Below are positions 39,765 to 51,907 of a stretch of DNA of 64,000 nucleotides, in pieces. Source of the stretch: Utricularia gibba (taxonomy: Eukaryota; Plantae; Magnoliophyta); assembly GCA_002189035.1 (NCBI GenBank), contig NEEC01000002.1, positions 5,580,001 to 5,644,000 of the forward strand, in the 5' to 3' direction. Every line of letters begins with the position of its first letter. Within the stretch, counting starts at the first letter, position 1. The position numbers and the translations under genes were made by a program. The notes below the pieces were generated by a model. It did no database searches and was not told the DNA's origin. It saw only the letters and a program-made list of their open reading frames with translations.

Positions 39765-41776
39765 ACCAAAAAAAAACATTCTAAAAAATTATTTTAAAAT
39801 CATTTCAATTTTTATTGGAGTAACAGTATTTCAAATTCTAAAAAAATTGAAGTAATTAACAATTTCAGTTTCATTTAAAGCATAAAAAGTGCATGTTTTG
39901 TTCAATAATCATTTATATAAGTACTTTTATTCAAGTTGTAACTATATCATATTATTAGTAGGGTATCCCACATCATTGATGTAGCACATCCTCCAACCAC
40001 CAGGCCCATGCACACCTTTTTATGAACTTGGTCCACGAACCCCTCTCAGTTGGCAAGGCCAGTTTGATAGGAGTCTCTCAATTTAACCAGCCTACTGACT
40101 TTAACCTTTCTATGAACTAGAGAAAGTCTTATGTTCATTGGAAATCAAGTGCAATTATGTGACGATAGCTATTGAAGGGTGTATGAGACGCAGACAATGG
40201 AGGATGATTTTTCATTTTAATTATTAACTCATTTTTGTATGAATGTTATAATTGTATTAATTTTTACCCATATGGTTTGAATAAATTAGAAGTATTTTAC
40301 GATGGAAGGGGAGGGGAGGACAAGTAAGAGGATGGTCCATTTATTTAAATCTATTCCATCATTTATTATTTTATCCTTGATTAATATTTTCATATTGAAA
40401 ACTATTTAATCCTTATATTTTAAATTATTGTAACCAAACAAGTGATAAAAATAATTCCTAATAATTTTAATATATCAAACATGTCTTGCTCTTTAAACTC
40501 ATAGAATCCTGGAATGAAACCTTTGTTTATTTTATTGATTATAAAAAAACACATATTTCAACACAAAACACAAGCTAACTAGAAACAAGACACCAAATAA
40601 CTCTATGGAATTATGGCATGATACATTGGCTATGATATTGACAATGCGAATTAATAGCAACCAATTTAATAGACTCAAGTAGCAATATTATTCAAGAAAA
40701 ATAGGAGATGTGGTGTGGAGGGGCCTATTGCTTAGTTATCTTTTTGCTCACCTTGGTTGATGGTACAACAATCACCATTAATGACAATAACAATGGGAAA
40801 TGGTCAAATATATTGTATGAAGTCCATGAGAAGTTATCAAACTTTTGTACTTTGGATGCATGTCTACCAAAAAGAATGGTTAGTATTGTTGATATGGATG
40901 AAGAGTCTTTGAATTCTTACACATGGAAAAGATTAAATTTGGTATTACAAAAGTCAAGTGTTGGAATAAAAAAAATGAAAGAGTGTGGAGTTGCTTCCTT
41001 ATGTCAAACTTGGGGCTCTCCATCACATGTTGTATTGATACTTGGGGACCATGGGACATTATGAAAATCCAATTGAGTGCTAGTTCAAGGTATTCATTCC
41101 CTACCAATAGTTAGAGCGCATATATTGTGAATATTATTTGCTCACTAGAGAAAAAGTTTTCTTTGTTTTTTACTAGAGAAGAAAAATCAAGGGCAACAAT
41201 CATTGTAAATCAATTTATTGAAAGAAAAAGGAATCTAATTCCAATTGGGCAAAAATCATTGTAAATAAATAAAAACGATTTTTTTACAAATCACAATTGA
41301 TTTTTACATCTAATTAATAAAATTACACCGGATATAAGGCTGCGGTTTGTAAATAAATTATTTTTATTTTTTTAAAAAAATAAAAATATATTTTAAAAAC
41401 ACTATGTTGAGGGCACCCCAAATATGGGCCAAGGGATGGCTCTTAATGGGCTCAAGCCCACTACTAGAGGCCCAACTTTTGGGCGTTCTCTCGTTTTCAA
41501 TTTTATTCGCGCCTTAATTGAGGCACGCTATGGGGGCCCGCTACAGTCTTTTAACAAATGTTTAGATCTGCGGTCCCCACAAATGCACCCAACGGTGTCC
41601 CTCCAGCCACGTATTGAGGTCGTGGTAGTTGGACACGTGTAGGGCCAGATATTGAAGATGAGCGGATTCCCATCATTGCTGCCCTGCACCTCGCGACATC
41701 CGAGTAAAGTTCGAAATCGCATGCATGCGTCGCTTGACTCATGATTTATCATCTTTTCCCCGATATTCATGAATAC

Positions 41777-42013
41777 TATTATAAAAATAAAATATCATTT
41801 ACTAATATTTTCATTAAAAAATTATAAAAATATAATATCATTGACTACTATTTCCATTAAAAATTATTATAAAAATATAATATCATTTACTACTATTTTC
41901 ATTAAAAATTGTTATAAAAATATAATATCATTTACTAATATTTTGACTAAAAATTATTATAAAAATGTAATATCATTTACTAATATTTCCATTAAAAATT
42001 ATTATAGAAATAT
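41777..42013. repeat. AT-rich minisatellite, 45-bp unit, about 5 copies
   Basis: Unit AATATCATTTACTAATATTTTCATTAAAAATTATTATAAAAATAT repeated with few substitutions. Confidence 0.9.
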
Positions 42014-42516
42014 TTTAACCTCTCTGACAAGTGACAATTGCCCGTTGCTGAAATTCAAGTTTGATGGAGATATCGTTTTCAACGGTCGAAAATCGAAAGC
42101 GTGTCCGCTTTTGAAGATGAACAGTTAACTGACATTCGCCATGGATGGCTGCTTTCACCGCTTGCTCGCTCTATTTCACTTCATCTCATTTTCAGTTGAG
42201 AAAAGAAAAGAAACAACCAAGTTCGGTATGCTGTGCGTATCTGTAGGGAGGAGGAAAAGTGAAGGGTCATTAATGGCGATGCACACCATTAAAGAAGGAA
42301 CCTTGTGCCGTTGAAACCCTTTCACACGACGTTTCTCCGAGCTATCTCTCTCATTCTGTGTCATCTGTGTCATCAGCGTTTGTCAGCTCGCCACAAGGGC
42401 TGGAAACCAAGAACTTCACTCGACGCCGAAGAAAAAAGAAATCTGCGTTTGCTTCGCCCTTTTTGCTGAAAGATTCGTTTTTTTTTTTCTCCGTCTGCTG
42501 GTGCTGGGTGTCATTA

Positions 42517-44591
42517 ATGGCGGGTCCAAAGCTTTTCTGGGTATCTGCTGTTACCCTCGTCGCTCTGTCTCTCACACTGACTCCCACTCGTTCTACTTCG
42601 GATGTTCAGTTGCTATTGTTCAAGATTAAACCCACATTGCAAGGATTCGCAGAAAATTTACTCCTTTTATCATGGAACGTTACTGTGCCTCTCTGTCAGT
42701 GGCGAGGATTGAAATGGGGGTTCACGAATGGCTCCAATTTGGCGTGTCTTGATCCTTCTTCCTCTCATTGGAATAATGTTTCGTTGTACAAGAACCCATC
42801 TTTGCAGCTCGTTTCTGTGGAGCTTCCCTCGGCGAATCTCACTGGTTCGATTCCGAAGGAGATCGGTGAACTAACGAACCTGAGAAGTCTTTATCTTGGC
42901 GTCAATTCTTTGTCTGGGACTATTCCTTTGGAGCTCGGATATAGTTCTTCTTTATCAGACATTGATTTGAGCTACAATTTGCTTCAAGGATCGCTCCCAA
43001 CATCTATTTGGAATCTCTGCGATCGCCTTGTTTCACTCAGGCTCCACGGCAACTCGCTCTACGGCTCATTGCCAGCGCCGGCGCTGCCGAATGCTTCGTG
43101 CCCCAATCTAAAATTTCTCGATCTGGGTCACAATTCGTTCACAGGAAACTTCCCGGAGTTTTTCTCCGTTGCAGGTTACGGCTCTTTGGTAGAGCTTGAT
43201 CTCGGCTCCAATATGCTCTCCGGTCAAATTCCCGATGCTATATCCCAAATGAGGCTCCAAAAACTGAATCTTTCTTACAATAACTTCACTGGGCCTCTAC
43301 CACATTTTGGAGAATCCAAGTTCGGCGTCGAATCCTTCGAAGGAAACAACCCTGCCCTTTGCGGGCCGCCGCTGAAGGGCTGCCATGGAACCTCCGGGCT
43401 GAGCTCCGGCGCGGTGGCAGGGCTTGTTATCGGTTTAATGACCGGAACGGTGGTGCTGGCCTCCCTGTTGATAGGCTATTTACAAGGTCGGAGAAGGAAG
43501 AACATAGATGAAGAAGAAGATGAACTTGTGGACAACGGCGAGGATGACGATACCGGTGAGGGGAAATTGGTGGTGTTTCAAGGCGGGGAGCATTTGACAT
43601 TAGAAGACGTGTTGAATGCAACAGGGCAAGTTACAGAGAAAACAAGTTATGGAACGGTGTACAAAGCCAAGCTGAGTGATGGTGGAACGATTACTTTGAG
43701 ATTGCTGAGAGAAGACAGCTGCAAGGATCTGAGTTCCTGTATGCCTGTGATTAAGCAACTGGGAAGAATTCGCCATGAAAATCTCATTCCTCTGAGAGCT
43801 TTCTATCAGGGAAAGAGAGGGGAGAAGCTTCTCATCTATGATTACCATTTGCCTAGCAGAACTCTCTTTGATCTCCTACATGGTAACATCTCATGTTCTC
43901 AACGTTCTGTTTGATGGCTGTCGCTCATGTTTACTTACCAATCAACTGTTTTTCAGAACCAAGAGCTGGGATGCCAGTGCTCAACTGGGGAAGGAGACAC
44001 AAGATAGCTCTGGGGATAGCCAGAGGACTGGCGCATCTCCATGGGCTTGAATCACCAATGGTTCACGGCAATGTGAGATCAAAAACTGTTCTCGTGGATG
44101 ATCTGTTTGTCGCCCGGCTCAACGAATTCGGTGTCGACAAGCTGACATTACCCTCTGTGGGGGATGAGATTGTAGCACAGGCGAAAATGGAAGGGTACAA
44201 GGCGCCTGAGCTCCAGAGCATGAAGAAGAGCAGTCCCAGGAGTGATGTCCATGCATTCGGGATACTACTGCTTGAGATCCTCCTAGGGAAAAGGCCAGGG
44301 AAGAGTTCAAGAAACGGGGAGTATGTGGACCTGCCGTCCATAGTGAAGGCGGCAGTGCTGGAGGAGACGACAATGGAGGTGTTCGATGTGGAGATACTGA
44401 AGAGCGTTCGGAGTCCGATGGAGGAAGGGGTGGTTCAGGCGCTGAAACTGGCGATGGGGTGCTGCACTCCGGTGGCGGCAGTCCGGCCCTCCATGGAGGA
44501 AGTGGTGAGGCAGTTGGAAAGCATGCCGAGGAGCAGGTCTGCTCTGTATAGCCCTGCGGAGACGAGAAGTGGGAGCCTTACTCCATTTTGA
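42517..44591 (+). CDS. TMKL1: LRR receptor-like pseudokinase TMKL1
   Basis: Exons 42517-43882 and 43957-44591. Signal peptide, SDVQLLL..VPLCQWRGLKW, LRRs, TM helix GAVAGLVIGLMTGTVVLASLLIG, LTLEDVLNATGQV. Kinase motifs are degenerate as in TMKL1. Confidence 0.92.
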
Positions 44592-44966
44592 TGGTATGTT
44601 GATGCTGCTGTAGTTTTATTATATAGAGGATGTAATTAAATTAGCACACCTGGTTAGTTCACGACTGAGGCAGATTTTTAAATGATTCTGAGTACTTTTT
44701 TCTTTATGGAACTGTCCACAAACCTTTGAAGTTTGAATACAAATCACAACAGCAACAAGAAAATGTTGGATGCGTTTTCAGTCCTGAGGCAAGATCAGCA
44801 ACTCCAGTGCTCCACTTCCCGTTGTGAGAAGCAGGTTGTACAAATGAAACAGGAAATCGGCAGATTTAGCCGATATTGATATATACTCACAGTGTGTATG
44901 AATATTTGGTGTCAATGTTCATCTCATCCAAGTAGAATTCGAGAGAGGCGTTGCGTGTCGTATCGA

Positions 44967-47535
44967 TCAGCATTGTCCGCCTCCACGGCAGCCGAGTGCT
45001 CCGGCTCCGGAGGTCAGAGTTGCAACCAGAGAAGAAGATCTTGCGGCCAAACTAGAGGCTCGTGCGTAGCTGGTGGCTGTGGAGCCGCCCGAGGGGATAA
45101 AATAGGCTCCATTTAACATGAGATCGCCCTCGGACCTCCAGTTCCATGTCTTCCAAATACCGTTTCCAGCATTCACCCTATGGGTCACCTGTCAAAACCG
45201 ATGGAAAACAAGCATGTGTTCAGGGTGTCTTCTTGCTTCTTAATTCGACTTGTTGGATAAGGAAAACTGAAGAACAAACCTCTTTAGCAAAGGGGTTGAA
45301 TGGAGCCAGATATCTGTTGCCTTGGCTGTTGATGGTTGGGTCACCACTGCCTCCAATGGCATACATTTCCCAATGGGTGTAGTCATTGTTGACGACATGG
45401 AAGTACCCATGCCTACACCTGCGTTTGTATCATAAAAATCCATTTTTTGGTTTAGTCGCTATACATTGTATCCCATCACTTACATCTGTTATAACTAGAA
45501 AGTACACTTGTGTTCACCTTGGCATTCTCTGGATTAGGCCTTCTCCAAAATGGTTGAATGCAATGGTTGCCTGCATACCCTTGTCTCTAGTATAGGAATC
45601 ACTATGTCCCAACAGCATCACCTGCTCAAAGCAAAGTAGCTTCAGCAGCCGTGAAACCACATCTCTACACCAAAAAAAAAAAAAAAAAAAAAATGTTTTA
45701 CCTCATTGTGATTGGTGAAGTAGTTGTTCGTAATGGTAATCGCGGTCGATCCCATGATCACATCGATCAAGCCATCGGCGCAGCTGGAGAAGGAGTTGTG
45801 ATCAATCCAAATATAACTGGACCCAAATATTGAAATCCCATCGCCATCCGCCATCGTCCTCCATCCATAGTGCTCTGGAGAGCTCCTCACCATTGCATTC
45901 CCGGTAGGCTTGCAATCGTGTATATGGAGTCCATGGATGATGATATTGGTCACAAATTGTATAGTTATGCAGGCCCCATTAGCAATGTGGACATTAGCTC
46001 CACGAGCATCGATAGTCTTGAAGCTGTTCATGATCAGCTCTTGCTTCAACGTGATCACCATATCTCGTTTAAAGACGATCCACAGAGGTTGATCTTGGAT
46101 CACGGCGTGGCGCAGAGTCCCCGGACGTGGGTTCACCGGGTCATCATCCCCTGGATCGGAAACCACATAATAAAGACCGTCACGTCCGCCCACGGCGTTG
46201 CGCCCAAACCCGATGGAGCAGTCGGCGAGACGACGGCGGTTCCGGGTCCAGTTGGGATCGCATCGCCAGCAATCGTCTATTGGGTTGCCTGTGCCACATG
46301 AGAAATATCCCAGCTTCCTTCTATCCGTAGCATTGTGCAAGTCCCTGAAACCACCATCTAATTAGTGCCAAATTGCAGCACCGGAAAATGAGCACAAACT
46401 ATTTTTAATGAAACAGAAGCAAGCAAATAAAGCCATAGACATTAGCCAGTCTCAGCTTGAGATAAACCACCAAAAATGACAAAACCTTCGAGGAATGGGG
46501 TGTTTCATTACCAAGTGTAAGCAAATTTTTCAAAATATAATGAGGATAAATTTTTTAAAGTTGATGATCACAGCAAAAGAATTTTCTAAGATCACCCAAA
46601 TCAGATTTTAATAATACGTTAAGAAATAAATCAAATATAAAAATGGGGATCTATCCACTTCGAGTCCAAGCTGGTGGGGTAGGTACAAACGGAAGCCTCA
46701 ACCTTTAATGCAGCTGACACTTAATTTAATGCTACGCCGTCTGGGTAGTGCCGAATGAGAGGCAGCAATCCGACCGCCCCATGCATAATATATGTATTTA
46801 CCAGGTGCACATTGAAGAAAACACATAGTTGACACATGCAGAAGGAGAGAGATAGATGCCCACAAACAGAGGCATGTGTAAATGGGCCATCATAACCACT
46901 CCTTATAATTGAAGAAAATTAACTCATAATCACATGCAATTATGTATCCATGTATCTTAGTACAGGGTGACCAACACAAACGAGTTCATGGGCACGGGCC
47001 ATCATCCTTTGAAAACGAATTATCCAGAAAATGATATTCTTTCTTTGCAAGTTTAGTATTGGTACTTTTTATTTCGCTGGGGCAAAGCGAGTAATGGAAT
47101 CAATTTACTCTCATCAGCAACTCGTGTTTCTCGAACTATACCGGTTATATGCTCAGCCTGGTTGAGAACTATGAACAGTTCTTAATCAGTGGGAAAGGGA
47201 CTCACATGTCTGCTCTGACGCCATCGACTGTCTCTGGATCTGGATCATCTGCTACTCTGCGATGCTCATATTCCCGAAGCCTGCGAGTTTACGGTCTTCG
47301 TTATGCAATGCAGATTCACGCGTAATTCGATGCGTGCGTGCAGAGACACGGACTCGAAAAGTAGACGACTGATTGGAATGGGAACGGGAACGCAATTGCA
47401 AGCTTACCTTTGCCCTAGCGTTGAGTTACTCAAGTTCCTCTGCAACCGAACCTGTTCGTCGCTGTAAAACAGCATCGTGAAAAGCAGCTCATAATGAGCG
47501 CCGACGCAAATTCTTTCAATTATCGCACATCTCAT
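44967..47535 (-). CDS. Pectate lyase (PL1 family), 436 aa
   Basis: Exons 47535-47408, 47280-47206, 46344-45702, 45621-45518, 45418-45280 and 45188-44967 total 1311 nt in frame. Motifs [23 protein letters not shown] and QRMPRCRHG. Confidence 0.95.
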
Positions 47536-50500
47536 GAAGTAGAGCTTCGTACTTCGATGACGTAAATCCAAATCGCGATCGATTAGCGGAAAAAAAATGA
47601 GTGCAAGAATTACCTCGGCGCGGTGCTGGCGAGCGTCGGCGAGACAGCAAACAAGACGAAAAGCAGAAGTGCGTGAGAAACTGCCATGGATTGAGAAGGA
47701 AGATGTGGTAGACAATTTAACTGAAATGCAGATGAAGACGAATGAGGGAAGAAGAGGAGAAGCCACAGGGGGAGAAGACGATAGAGTGGACGAAGGGCAT
47801 TTTATATACCGGAGCCTGGAGATGAGAGGTGATAAGCGCGTGACGGTACACAAGAAGACGAACAAAGAAACTTTAATATTATTAATTGATTTACTTTTCC
47901 ACACCGAAATTCATAATTGTGCATTTTGTGTATATTTTATTTACTGTATTACAATTTAAATATTCATGATACAACCTCATCTTCCATCGTACAGGTGTCA
48001 ATCTCATTAATATCATGAATATTTTCAATTCAAAATTTTAATTTTCCACAAACGAATGTGAATGTTAAAAATATCAATAAAAAGACAACTTTTTATTTAA
48101 AAAAATTATTTGGTGTTATTTACAAGCGGAAGAGTTGGCATGTAGAGATTTGAACACACATGGGGTGTACTGCACTTAGGAGAAAAACTACACGTGGTTA
48201 TTAAATGGTTTTATTTTCGAAAATAATGCTAAATCATTTTAGACATATTTTATTTGCTGACCCAATGTGGCATCATGGTCCGTTGACCCGATCCATGAAC
48301 CTATTCTGGGCCGTGCCGGGGATTCTCATCCCTGATGTTATTTTTCTACTTTTTTAATTTTTAAAATTGTTTTAAAATGATTAAACCTATTTATTGTTTT
48401 AATTATGATTTTGGAATAATAAATTGAATCGAATTCAATACATTATAAGAATATTTATAAAAAATTAAAAAAATTATTAAATTATATTTCTAAATTTCAA
48501 AATTTTTTACATTGTTATAAAAATTATTGAATCTAACCCCAAAAATTACTGATTCGATTAGGGTTATTCTTTTATATTTGTGACCAATACAAAAATGATC
48601 CCTACGCTTTTAATGTTATATTCACTATTTTAAAACAATAGTAAAATTAATTTATATTATTTCAATGCAGTGATAAAATTGGTATCCATTAATTAAAAAA
48701 TTGATCTTCAATATTTTATTACTCACTAAATTGAAATAAAAATTATCATTATTTGATAATAATTGACATAATTAGTTCCTAATTATATAAAATTCAAAAA
48801 AATTTCTAATTTTTTAATAATAGAAGATTAAGTATATTTGATATTGAAACTATAAGATAAAAAAATATCTAAAATATACAATTTTATCTTTATTTAATAT
48901 CATATCAGGACAACGCAAGTTACGCAACGTTTAATGGATTAAAAAACGTTTTTATCATTTTTTAACTTCATTTTCAACCCTTCAGATCCTTTATACGATT
49001 ATTACTTGCATATGTTTTTCAATTTTTTCAAATAAATTTTCAAAATTTATTAGGTATTTTTTATATTATTTTTGTAAGAATTTGTATGATCATAGTTTTA
49101 CAAAATAATCACTTTCAAAACATATACTATCTTAATTTCAATTTACCAATCAAACATACTTTTTAAAATATTTTTCTATCAAAACATATCCCTTTTACAT
49201 CTAATATTTCTATTAAAACATTTAACCCTATATTAATTTCCCCTCAAATCAAACACGCCTATGTCTAACACTTATAATAAAACCTATTAGAATAAATAAT
49301 TCAATATAAATACTTGAAATTTAAATAGTTTACTACATAATAAATTATATATTACTAATTTTTTAAATATAATTAACATTTTTATATATTTGAATTTTGC
49401 ATTTATTCTATCTTTAATTTCACGGGTTGAGGTGGATTCCACTTCATTTGAGCATCGAATCGTGATGCGTTGAGGATTCTGATTGTTTCTTGTAACTCAT
49501 GATTTGATTTTGGACGAGTCGTCATATTTAGCAGTTGGGATCGCCATCCACATTGTATGGAATCCAGTGAAGGAAAGCACCCCGATGGAGTGTCGAAGAT
49601 GGGATGGATTGCCTGCGGTTCAAGAGAGTTCTGATAAATACAAAACACAGCGTCGTGTATGGCACGTGAAGACGACCAAATAATTCATGCACATGGGGCG
49701 CTGGCTGCATTCTTCCCCGCACCGCACCCACCATACAATCGCCTCTCAGGGATTGGATTGATCTTAATTCTTAATCACAGCAAAAAGACACATAAACTAA
49801 TCCAGGAACATGCGTGGTTTACTCCAATGCGCGTTATGAGGGACTGCTTCGGGCCGTGTCGCAACTTTGCGTGTGGGACGAGGATTCGGCAGCGCCACGA
49901 TGCTCCTCCTAAAATCACTGATTGATTGAGCTGACGGAGGTGTCCCTCCGACACCCCCCGTGCCATTTATTGTTCCCAAGCGATACCTGATCTATGAATC
50001 ACACTTGGAACGCAAAAGCCCCAATGGTGTGGTAACTGGTAACTTAATCCCAAGTGGATGAAAAATCAAAATCTTGTGGAAAAGTGGCCCAAGAGAATAG
50101 AAGAGATTTTATTTAAGATTGCAGGCCACCACACACATTCATTTTTTGTCGGGAGCCCTTTATTCAACAACTTGCAGTTGTCAAAGTAGCTGATGACTGA
50201 GCGTCTTCCCCTCAACTAAGTAATTTGATAACAATGTGCCAACTGATCACACCTCCAACGATCAGAACTTTGTCTGTTCACTTCCCTTTTCTTCTCGGAA
50301 GAGCTGTCGCAAGCTCAAGGTTGTTGGGATCGGTTGCGGGTCTCCCTCCCATTGCTGAACATCCTGGCTGATGTCTATTTATTGCATTGAATTTACTTGT
50401 GTCATGTGTTCTTTCTGATCATTAGAAGTCACATTTCTCAAAGGAACAATTTTTTCTGTCAGCAAAGCCTTAGAGGAGTGCTCCCTTGGTCTGCTTCTCC

Positions 50501-50904
50501 ATGGCATATATAGTGTGATTGAAGGAACAAGAAAAGGAAGTAGCCAATCCCAAGGGAAGGATCTGAGTAAAGACGTGCAGCCCAAGCTGATGATAATTCA
50601 TAAGAAATACAAGAATGGCGGCCCCAGAACTTTATATAATCGGTTTTCGATTTCAAGAACAAGAGTTGACCAAGGGTAAAGATGTATAGAGAGATGGGTG
50701 TCTGTCTGCTACAAACAGTAAACACCACGCAATCATAACCCCCAGTGCTAAGATTGGTGTGCACTTTGAAGTCTGATGCTACCATCTTAGGCTCCAGTGA
50801 CGAATGTCATGTTTCTTCTTTGTAGCAACATGTAAAAGCACACTCTACCAGCATGCTATATACAACTATAGATGACATAAAAAACATGAGAAAAAACACA
50901 GTAG

Positions 50905-50990
50905 TGGGGTGAGAGAGGCTCGAACTCTCGACCTCAGGATAACTCTGAAAGCTATGAGACCTACGCGCTAACCAACTGCGCCACCACCCC
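50905..50990 (-). tRNA. tRNA-Met (elongator, CAT) with a 12-nt intron
   Basis: GGGGTGGTGGCGCAGTTGGTTAGCGCGTAGGTCTCATA-[GCTTTCAGAGTT]-ATCCTGAGGTCGAGAGTTCGAGCCTCTCTCACCCCA. The intron (50941-50952) follows the base 3' of the anticodon. A T6 terminator lies 8 nt downstream. Confidence 0.97.
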
Positions 50991-51907
50991 TGGATGAATG
51001 ACATTGTATAAGATTTAACTTTGATTACAATATTTTGATGAATCTGCTCCTGCTACTGCTTTATGCTTTTTCTTCTCGTCCTCAACGTCTCCTTTCTGAG
51101 ATGCTGCGGATATGGTCTGTCTATTACGGAATCCGGTTGAATGGTCACCGTTGATGGGATGGAGTGCTTCTTCCTAATAGCAACAGTACATCAAGAGGCT
51201 CATAAAAATTATTTATTTTTGAAATTGTCGACATCATAATTCATCTCTTTTGCAAGCTATAAATGATTTTTGATCGACGAACCAAAAAAAGAAGCGCCTT
51301 TCTGCACATGTTGGTGGGGGTGCCTTACAGTAATTCTGATCACTGTTCTGCACCTGCCGACGAGTGGAAAAGGGTCACCGATTCCCTCCTCCCCACTTCA
51401 AAGGTGACTTCTCACGCGGCTTTGCCTTTCGGTTTTTGCGACTGTTTTCTTCGAATTTTCATGGCTGCTTTTTGATCTTGTCGATTCTTTGTTTTATTAT
51501 TATTTATGCTTTGGAGTTTTTGAAAGTGTTTGGGCACGTTCAGATGGTAGCGGGTTAGCATGATTTGCAGTTGATAGTTTTTCGTTCTCAATTTCTGAGC
51601 ATTGCCTTTCAATCTTTTGGTTGATGGTTTTTGGGCTGTCCTTCGTGTGAATTGCTCAAGAATCCTGTCTGATACTACAAACTCGTTTGCTGCCCAAATT
51701 TTGGTGGTTTTGGTGCTTTGTGGTTTCAAGGTATTCTGGTGAAGTTTTGCTCTTTTTTAAATCTCATGAAAAGGGTCGCTATTTTCAGTTACAGCTCACT
51801 GTGTAGAGTAGGGTAGCTGTGATGCATACTTATTTCTTCTTATTGTTCATTTGCTATCTATTTGAAGGAAGTTTTGGCACTATAGGTGGTTAATCTGCTT
51901 TTATCTT

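Noticed and set aside
40708-41064. 118-aa ORF with an apparent signal peptide
   Set aside because: No family motif. It lies in an LTR-like block (~40490-41105) whose boundaries and TSD could not be defined, so it is probably a chance ORF.
41769-42128. ORF with KNYYKNIISFT repeats
   Set aside because: Translation artefact of the 45-bp minisatellite.
50185-50255. C/D-box snoRNA-like motifs (CTGATGA...CTGA)
   Set aside because: No terminal stem, no recognisable C'/D' boxes and no identifiable rRNA guide.
50480-50585. Partial miR164-like sequence TGGAGAAGCAG on the minus strand
   Set aside because: Only 11 nt match and there is no pairing star arm.
50780-50904. Dicistronic tRNA-Met/snoR43 gene
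   Set aside because: A T6 Pol III terminator follows 8 nt after the tRNA and no box C/D sequence follows.
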